A model generated the notes under the pieces. That model did no database searches, had not been told where the DNA came from, and worked only from the letters and a program-made list of their open reading frames with translations. Made by a program: the position numbers and the translations under genes. Positions 55,191-64,000 of a stretch of DNA of 64,000 nt are shown here, one piece after another. Each line of letters starts with the position of its first letter. Position 1 is the stretch's first letter. The DNA comes from Eledone cirrhosa (taxonomy: Eukaryota), in the NCBI GenBank assembly GCA_964016885.1, contig OZ024742.1:100068001-100132000 (forward strand), written 5' to 3'.

Positions 55191-55561
55191 ATTAACACGA
55201 CATGGCTGTAAAATTTCATGCGAAAGAGGAACATGGCAGAGTGTTTAGTATGATTGATTAGTTTTGTCTGTCAGAGGCCGTGGAATGTCGGCCGCCATAA
55301 CAAGAGTGCTGCCATATTGCCTTCATCTTTGTGACGGAAACATTTTCCCTAAACCTTCCAAATATTCTTCAGATTTTCCACCGAAAGGAAATATATTTTC
55401 ATAGGGAATTTGAGTTATGGCATTGTCCTAAACTGTTGGCTGTTAATTATAAATGTTGTGGCTGTTGGAGTCGTTGGTAGTGATGGTAGAGGTAGTGTAT
55501 AATGCGAAGGGTTTGGTTCTTCTTATATTTAGCTTCTTATTACTTCTGTACAGGGTGCGTG

Positions 55562-55615
<54 letters not shown>

Positions 55616-55746
55616 GAGAGAGAGAGAGAGAAGGAGAGAGAGAGAGAGAGAGGGAGAGAGAGAGAGAGGAGAGAGAAAGAGAGAGAGTGTATATGTCTGT
55701 TGAATAGATAGATAGATTGATTAATTGATAGATAGATAGATAGATT

Positions 55747-55831
<85 letters not shown>

Positions 55832-56062
55832 ATTTCTATTTATTTGCCACGAGGGCACAAAAGAAGGGGACATTTACACAGTGGGGGAGTTTACATAAAT
55901 CGAGTAAAGAAAAAAGGAATAACAATAATAATATAACAATAAAAAGTCCTCAAAGGGGAGGGGGCGTGTTGGGGATTGCACATACCCCCGAAAAGTGTGC
56001 AACTCTTTTCGCGGGGGAAGCCCAGAGAGGAGGCGCTCCCCCTTTCCTCTTCACTTCTTCAC

Positions 56063-59000
56063 CTACAGAACAATGTAGAGAGAAGGCCCATTTACACGGG
56101 CCATTCTCGCTTCTTTCACCCACCTTTCATAAAACTGTCTGGGACCAAGCACTTCTCTCTCCATCCTGATTCTTCTTCCGAAGTGGTATCGGAAGAAGTA
56201 AACCAGGTGATGGCCGGAGAGAAAGTCACCCGACCTCAGACCTTTCAGGCGCGTCCACCACACAACCTCTTTCATCATGGCTATTACGCACAGAAAGACC
56301 GCCTCTGCTTCATTTCTGAAGGGATGAGGTGGCTTGATGTTCACCACAGACTCGGCGGTTAATCGAATCGGCGCCACACGCGACAGCAGTCGTTCGACGT
56401 AGCCCCACAGATCGGCAACGCCCGGGCAGTGTACCAGTGCATGCGCAACGGTTTCCTCGTCGCGCACGCATCTGGGACAGATCTTTTTCGCGGGATCCCT
56501 GCCCGGGCGCCCGTGTCTGTAGAGCTTTTCTCGAACGGGCAGAGCCCCCCGGTAACACTGCCAGGCTAGGGACCTCTGGAAGTTGTCCATGGGTCCCGGG
56601 CCGAAAGTTCTACCGAACAGGCTGGCCAGTTCGTCCTCCTCCATGCCTAGCGACTCTCCAAGGGTGTCGTCGCCCCTGCTAGCCACCAACCCTCTATAGA
56701 ATGTCGAGGTGGATTCTCCACTGACAGTCGGGTCCGCTTGCCAGATAGCCGTGAGCGCCTGGGCACACTCGGTGTGCCAGTTGCCCAGTTTTCTCGGTCT
56801 TTGCTTCACCCAGGATTGTAGTTCGGTGAGCGAGACGAGCTGTGGGAAGGCTCGCCTCACAAACGGGGCCCACACCGGCTGACCGTTGAGGAATACCTGT
56901 AGATGCCGTAGCCTCAATGCGTGCCTACGCATCAACAGCCACGGCATACCCAGCCCTCCTTTCGAAGGGTGCTGGCAGCAGATGGATCTCCTCACCATGG
57001 GAGGCCGCTTCTTCCAGAGGAACTGGAAGAGCATGCGTTCCATGATGGTGAGCTTTTCCTTGGGGCAAGGCACGACGGTCAGGCGGTAGTAGATGACGGA
57101 CGCTATGTAAGCGTTCGTCACCTCCGCCCGACCTTTCAGTGATAGTTTGCACTTGGCCCACTTCTGGGTCAGCGCAAACACCCTGCTCGTCACCTCGCCC
57201 CAATTCTTCTCCACCTGGAGGTCCGGTCCGAACCAGACCCCGAGCAGCTTCACCGGGCCCTCCGTCCACCGCCCGACGACACCGTCTAACGGCATCGGTT
57301 TGCCCCTCCACGTTCCGAGTTGCAAACCGACTGACTTGTCCTGGTTCAGCTTAGCCCCCGTCAGCCTTTCGTATTCCTCCAGTAGGGTGGCGATCGCCCC
57401 GATTTCCGAGGCGTCCGCCACCATTACTGTTACGTCGTCGGCATAGGCCGAGACCGCTTTGTGCAATCCCGGTTCCAGGGGTATGCCCCGCAGCAACTCC
57501 AAATTCCGCAGCAGTGGCTCGAGAGTCAATACGTACAGAAGGGAGGAGAGGGGGCACCCCTGTCTGATGGATCGGGTGATTTGAAACGGCTCCGAGAGGT
57601 AGCCGTTTACTTTAATCCTAGAGTAGATGTTGCCACTGTGCATGGCAGAAATCCAGCCCCTGAAAACGGGTCCGAAGCCCGCCGCCGCTAGCACCGCATC
57701 CAGGTAACCATGGTCGACCCTATCGAACGCCTTAGATTGATCCAAGTTGATCAGGGCCCCACCAAAGCCGGGTTCGTAGCCAACCCTCTCTATGATGTAT
57801 CGCATGAGGTGGAGGTTGTCGTGAATGGACCTGGACGGGATAGCGCATGTCTGCGCGTCTCCCACCAAACCACCCACCACAAGCGCCAACCTCTTCGCCA
57901 ACACCTTGGCCAAAATCTGTAACTCTGCATTCAGCAGAGTTATGGGCCTAAAGTTACTTAAGTCGTCCCCCTTGCTCTCGTCCTTCCTCACTAGCGTGAC
58001 CACGCCCTTGGTCACAGAACAGGGAATTCTCCCGTTCTGTTGCCAGTTGCAATAGACAGCCTCGAGGAGTTCGGAGAACAAGACCGGCATAGCTAAATAA
58101 AGTTCGTATGGTAGACCATCGAGACCCGGGGATTTGCGTCTGCTGCATTGGCTGAGCGCTTCCCCGATTTCAGTGGCTGTGATTGGCCTTTCGCAGCACT
58201 CCGCTTCGCCGTTCGAAAGACGCGGTAGACCGTCGAGGTATGGACCGAAGTCCACATCCCCGTCCGGCCCCCCGCCACCCCCGAACAGTCGAGCAAAGTG
58301 CCTTTGAAAGGTCTCGCACATTCGCTCAGGTTCAAGGATCACCCGTCCATCCTGGTCTCGCAAAGACCGAATGGTGGATTTAATCCCACTCTTGGCTTCT
58401 GTCACGCGGGCCCAGCTAACAGCTTTGGTCCCCTCGTTTCCTAAAGCACGTATTTTACTTCGGACAACGCAGCCTTCGTGCTTCGCGTCAAAGAACTGGC
58501 TCAATGCCGTTCTCGTCGCTAACACTCTGGCTACGTCTCCGCTCCTAATCGCCTCTTCTAGTTTATCTGTTAACTCCCTTTCCCTCCTATTTCTATTCGC
58601 CGCTAGTTCCTTACTGTAACCTATCGAACTTACTCTAATCTCTCTCTTTAGAGATATCCACCACCTACTGTTGACGATCGCTCCCGTCAACCGCATCTTA
58701 ACTAAGCTACTAATCCGGTTTCTGTAATCTTTCTTTGTCGGTAAGGACAAGTTCATCTTCCAGTAACCGGGACCCTGTCTATGCGTTCTATCAAGGTTGA
58801 CCACGCAGGTCACTAATTTGTGATCTGAATAGCCAACCATGATCAGTTCTGGACAACTAAATACGTCCCTATCCTTACTCCTAACCAAAAACCTATCTAG
58901 GTACGATCTAGATTGTCCACTGCGGTTTGCCCAGGTCCAGGTTGGCGCAGTTGGACAATCTAGTCGAAATCTATCGACCAGGTCGAATCGATCGAGTAAC

Positions 59001-59504
59001 CCCTTGAGGCTGCTACACCCCCCTCTATCGGGACATGCCCCTGCATAGTCCCAACGCGCATCTAGGATTCCATTCCAGTCCCCCACTAAAAGCAGGGAAC
59101 GCGACGTTCCTAGAAAAGTCTCCAGACGTTGGAAGAAGTCGGCTCTTTCCGCCCCGAAGGGAGCATAAAGACCGACCAGTCTGAAAGCCCCGCCTTCACC
59201 GCCTCCGACGTCCAGCACCAGTAATCGACCCCCCGGGTCCGAGTGAACAATCTGTACGTCGAGAGTCAGACGTTTATCCAGCAGTACGGCAACCCCCCCC
59301 CCCCCCGCCTCCGGGTTGACAGAGAGATGCGTGCATCTCAAAGTCATCGAAGGCGGGCGCCAGCTGTCTCACGCTGCTGATCCGACTCTCGCAAACAACC
59401 ATCACATCTATACTTTGTGACCTGAGGTCACTTAGAAGCTTTTCTTGCTTCCAAGCTGAGCCCAGGCCACGCGCGTTCAAACAGCCAACTCTCAATTGAT
59501 CTAT
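56063..59504 (-). CDS. E6 ORF2 (AP endonuclease-RT-zinc finger); one frameshift in a G14 run at 59293-59306; no ATG at the homologous start
   Basis: ORFs 59274-59495 and 56063-59347; catalytic motifs present (ESRI, GDWN, SDH, YADD). Confidence 0.88.
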
Positions 59505-61336
59505 TTTGGTGTTGAAAGTGAAGAAAGAAAAGCACTTACCTCTCCGGGTTGCGTAATTTCCATGGCATCAGGTGTGTTGGGTGGAGGGATGTTTTGTGGT
59601 GGTGTGAGGGTACACGTGTGTGGTGGGGTTGGGGTATTTGGAGTTGTGTCAGGGAGAGGGGCGGTTATGGGGAAATCTTTCAAGAGGACGCGATTCAACG
59701 GTTTTAAACAGGGGGGGCTCACGTCCCGTCTAAATTGTTCTTTTAAGGAACGATAAAGGTCCAGAGGGACCTTTATCATTTTTAAATGGGTGAAGTTCTC
59801 TGTTGAGATAAAGTTTGGCCCTTCGGTCTGCACCATAGGGTTATTGTTTATTAATTTAACCAGTTTTTTGTTTTCTTTATTTATATATGTGTATTGCAAC
59901 GTCTTTTTTTGTGATGCTGTCAATGTTTCGGAGAGGGGAGGCGCAGATTTATTTTTGTTTGTTGAGGGTGGGGTGTTTTTGATTGGAGTTGGTGTTTGTG
60001 TGTGGGTTATTTGTGGTGTGCTGGGTGTGTGTTTTCTTTTTTTTCTTTTAACTTGTCTGAAGGCTTCTCCTCCTTCTTCTTCAGAAGTTGGGGGAAACTC
60101 TTCAGCGCTAGGTGGGAGGGACGTGTTGTGTGGTTGTTTTTTTTTTGCGGGAGGGGTAGATTTGTTACTGTTTTTTTTATTATTTGTTTGGAATGGGTTT
60201 TGTGGTGGTGGTGGTGGTAATGTTTGTGTCGTGCTTGTGGTTGGTGATGGTGGAGGTGATGTTTGTGTTGTGGTTGGTGGTGATGATTTTTGTGTCGTGC
60301 TTGTGTTTGGTGCTGGTGGTGGTGATGTTTGTGTTGTGTTTGTGGTTGGTGGTGTCTGTATTTTGTTTGCTGTGTGTGGTATTAGTGTATTTTTGGAGGT
60401 GGGTGGTGCTGGTGTACTGTTTGTGGTGGGTGTGGGCAATAGTCCTTTTTGGGGGATACGTTTCGGGCAGTTAGCCTTAACGTGTCCCCTTTCCATGCAT
60501 AAATAGCATGCTGGTCTTCTCCCCTCTACAATTATGTCTATTGGGGTAAGGTCATCCAGCCAGATGCGATCCGGGATTTGTGCTATTCTTTCGGGCCTCA
60601 TTTGGACTAGTATGTCGAGGCCCATTCCCAGGAACGCATCTCCAGTTGCCTTCCCCATTGACAGCATAGTGTCTTCGCCCATATCAATGAAGCCAGCAAT
60701 AGCCCACCAGAAGTCCATTGTGGGCAGCATTGTTTTTACTTTTACTCTCTGTGTTCTTCTACCCATGTAGGAGGGATAGAAGCTATATGTTGTCGACGAG
60801 AGTGGGCTTAGGGAAAGCTTCTCCGCCGTTTCTTTGTCTCTTGTTAGGACCGAAATGCTGCCATAGAGTCGGTCCTTTCGTATGAAGAGAATATTCTTCA
60901 TATAGTCTTTTAGGACTAACTCTATTTCCATTTGGCTGGGCTGTGCTGGCTTTCTTGTCTGGTTCAGTATAGTTCTGTATAGAACTGTGTTTTCTGCTCT
61001 GGCTTTCTTGAATTCTGGGGGGGAGTTAATGGAAAACATTCCGTTCTCCCCCAAAACAATGTGTTTCTTTGCTTCGGCCAGTTTTTCTCTGGCGGCAGTT
61101 AGGTCAATTGGTGTGTATGTAATGGATTGTTTTGTTTTCTGGGCGAAAGTTGCCCTGTCGTTATTTGTATTATTTTCTGTTTGTTTGTTTTCTGTTTGCT
61201 CATTTTCCTTAACATTTGTTTTTTCATTTTGTTTGTTTGTTTCAATGTCTAATTTTGTTGTAATTATTTTTTGTTCTTCAGACTTGGGGGGCGTGGCAGA
61301 GCTAATGGCAGACATGTCTGCCATCTTTTCCGCCAT
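59501..61336 (-). CDS. E6 ORF1, intact CCHC-knuckle protein (~611 aa from ATG)
   Basis: uninterrupted ORF 59501-61363; first ATG gives MAEKMAD; CYLCMERGHVKANC. Confidence 0.9.
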   Translation of the reverse strand: MAEKMADMSAISSATPPKSEEQKIITTKLDIETNKQNEKTNVKENEQTENKQTENNTNNDRATFAQKTKQSITYTPIDLTAAREKLAEAKKHIVLGENGMFSINSPPEFKKARAENTVLYRTILNQTRKPAQPSQMEIELVLKDYMKNILFIRKDRLYGSISVLTRDKETAEKLSLSPLSSTTYSFYPSYMGRRTQRVKVKTMLPTMDFWWAIAGFIDMGEDTMLSMGKATGDAFLGMGLDILVQMRPERIAQIPDRIWLDDLTPIDIIVEGRRPACYLCMERGHVKANCPKRIPQKGLLPTPTTNSTPAPPTSKNTLIPHTANKIQTPPTTNTTQTSPPPAPNTSTTQKSSPPTTTQTSPPPSPTTSTTQTLPPPPPQNPFQTNNKKNSNKSTPPAKKKQPHNTSLPPSAEEFPPTSEEEGGEAFRQVKRKKRKHTPSTPQITHTQTPTPIKNTPPSTNKNKSAPPLSETLTASQKKTLQYTYINKENKKLVKLINNNPMVQTEGPNFISTENFTHLKMIKVPLDLYRSLKEQFRRDVSPPCLKPLNRVLLKDFPITAPLPDTTPNTPTPPHTCTLTPPQNIPPPNTPDAMEITQPGEVSAFLSSLSTPK

Positions 61337-61576
61337 GCTGCCAAGAAAGAAATTTTTCGGCAAAAATAGATATTTATTTTACCCCCTAAAAAGGGGGTAA
61401 ATGCAAAAATGTTTCCCTAAATAACAGGGGTTAGTGTTCCAAATGTGTTGCACTAAAAAATTTATCCGGTACTTACAATAGTAAGGGTAAATCCCGATGG
61501 AATAGCGGAGCCGATGCGAAGCGTGTCTTACTCTATCAAGATAGATAGATAGATAGATAGATATATTGATAGATTT

Positions 61577-61638
<62 letters not shown>

Positions 61639-63914
61639 TGATTGATTGATAATCAAAGGGAAAAGCTGTTGATTGGGTTCTAGAAACGTTTATGTTAGTG
61701 TTAAATATTACATAATGGCTCATATTAAACTGTGCCCAGATCCCTAATTTTCAATTATCCTCACCACCCACTCTCTGGCACTTCGATATTTCATCCCCGC
61801 TACAGCAAAAACAATTACATAAATAAATAAAATAGCAGGCTCCTAGTCGTTTTAAGGCCTCTATGCTATATTTTAGCTAGTCATAAATAATTCGGTCCTG
61901 ATTACATAGTTACTTTATGTAGACTATTTGAGGTCTGTTCTCTCCGTTTGTTTATAAGAGGAAGTTATACAGACAACTCCGATGATTCCTTCGGACCTCT
62001 CAATGATAACTCGTTTCTATGAACCGAAATTGTACTGCCCAAGTTCATATCTATCTATTGATATTATCTAGAGTGATCGAATTTCATTAGTTTGTAATTC
62101 GCATATTTCCAAATTTTCAAATTTCAATCTCCCCGTGCTTCATTATTTCATAAACGCTGGCCTTGTGCCAAAAGTAGAAACAATTATTTCATAAGATTTT
62201 GTTACTTCTGGCTTTTAATTGTAATGGACGGAAAGCGATGTCACTTACACCCTTAACGTAAAGACAACTTACTCGCACAGGATTCGAAAGATACTGGGTT
62301 CGAATCTTCATAGGCGATTCAGGTCATCTATTGCCAATAATGATCGACTGCCGCTACAGCAATGTAGTGGGAGTGGACCTTGTCTATAAGCCAACAAGGT
62401 GAACGCAACGGACAGGTTCCGATCTGGTTAGATCTCACAGCAGATTGGTTAGACTAGTAACGCCAAATATAGATTTAGGGAAGGATAAATATATAAGGCG
62501 TTGATTATATGGTTAAACTAATGGCAGATGTGAAAATTCATGGGAGAAGCGCACAGCATATCCATATACACCGTTGCTACTAAGAGTTTCTTGCCACATG
62601 CACTCGATCAGGCAATTTACTGGATAGACAAGAATTATTTCATCTATAAGTTATTAACTAACCCCGAGGAAATGTCACCCTTTAATTAGAAACATCTTTC
62701 AAGTACTAATGATCAATAAGACGTATTAAATGTTTTATTTATTAACGATATACCAGTACATACACATAAAAGTAATTTATTCGTCCGAGATTTTAAAAGA
62801 AAAAACATTCGGTCTCTCTCGCTCTCTTGCTTTCTCCCACTTTTTACCATTTTCTCTTCCTTCTCCCCCTGTCTCTCTCACACATACATGCACATGCGCA
62901 CGAACATACATACACATCCATTCCTATTAATTTTACACGAAATATACAACAGCTTTCATGTAAAGGATGTGCGTGAGTGGATGATACTCTCTGCAGGAAT
63001 TTCTCAAATCGTCCTTTATATTGGTTTCAGGGACTTAAGCTTGTGAGATATTATGCATGAGAAATGCAATATTTTATTCGTTTGTCAGGTTTGTAAATAT
63101 TTCTAGTGCAGTTATTAAGATTGCCAACAAAGCAATTATGCGTTATATTATTGCCCCTTGCTATATATCCTAGCACATCATTTCTCAAAGTATGTATCGT
63201 GAGATGAATTGAATGCAACACGAATAAAACAGATTCCCTTTCTAAATGTGAAAAATACAAATTGAATTTCGTACTAAAATTAATATATAACTGACAAGGT
63301 GGTGAAACAACTAAATTAAGAATAAAATCATTCCCCCCCCCCCCTCCCCCCCATACACACTCACATACCAAAGAAATAACAACACCAAGCGCATGATACT
63401 CATTGGTACTTTTGTTCCGTTTATTGATTAAAGAAAGTACAAATAATTTTCTTTTATGTTTCACTATATATATTCCTGTTTTATGCTATGCTAATATGTA
63501 TAAATATCTCTTTTGAAAAAATTCAGGTACAAAGTAGACTAAAATATTTTTAGATTTTCTAAAGTGAACCATGAGTAAAACAAAAGGACGGGAGCACTTC
63601 CCTAACACATAATCCGTGGATATTTATAATTATTGCCAACGAATTTGTAGCTAAAATAGTGCTGGTACCATTTTAACTGGAAAATTGAAAATTTGACTCA
63701 TGTATCAGTGTAAGATCCAAGTGAAAATAAATAAAACACATACACACGCGTGTGTGGTGAAGGATATATATATATATATATGGGGGGGGGCGTGTGTGTG
63801 TGTGTGTGTATCACGCTCTTCTGCCTCTCTCTCTATTGAACTCGTATACACACATAGAAATACGCGTGTGTGTGTGTGTGTGTGTGTATCACGTTCTTCT
63901 GCCACTCTCTCTCT

Positions 63915-63966
<52 letters not shown>

Positions 63967-64000
63967 AACAAGTAAGACCCCGACGGCTGAGCTCAAGCCG

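Larger units (their letters stand above)
55830..61540 (-). mobile_element. Full-length, nearly intact Tx1-clade LINE, copy E6 (same family as E3)
   Basis: termini match E3; long (GATA)n on both flanks. Confidence 0.95.

Noticed and set aside
52627-55248. Pro/His/Thr-rich extensin- or mucin-like ORFs up to 694 aa
   Set aside because: Minisatellite units shift frame constantly and all minus frames are open for lack of stop codons
62270-62310. Possible tRNA gene (gggttcgaatc); similar motif near 15528
   Set aside because: Only a B-box-like motif, no cloverleaf; probably decayed SINE heads

Overview
Eukaryotic, repeat-dominated DNA with no recognisable host gene. The tRNA-derived SINEs and the very high microsatellite load suggest a coleoid cephalopod such as octopus (inference). 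The window holds five full-length (~5.7-5.9 kb) and several truncated Tx1-clade LINEs (ORF1 with a CCHC knuckle; ORF2 = AP endonuclease + RT + zinc finger). Apart from one related tail in (AAT)n, all sit in (TATC)n microsatellite with the same polarity, and three are stacked head-to-tail. A nest of R4/Dong-like RT + restriction-like-endonuclease elements sits in (CATA)n. Also present: a tandem non-autonomous Helitron, a nested MITE, several SINEs, a ~499-bp tandem array, Penelope-like LTR relics carrying minimal hammerhead-ribozyme motifs, and long micro/minisatellites. The most notable observation is that in every full-length Tx1 copy ORF2 is bracketed by a strong 5' splice donor at the end of ORF1 and by a 3' acceptor whose AG is the ORF2 TAG stop, so ORF2 looks like an intron. 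All identities were judged by eye; no alignment, folding or database search was run.
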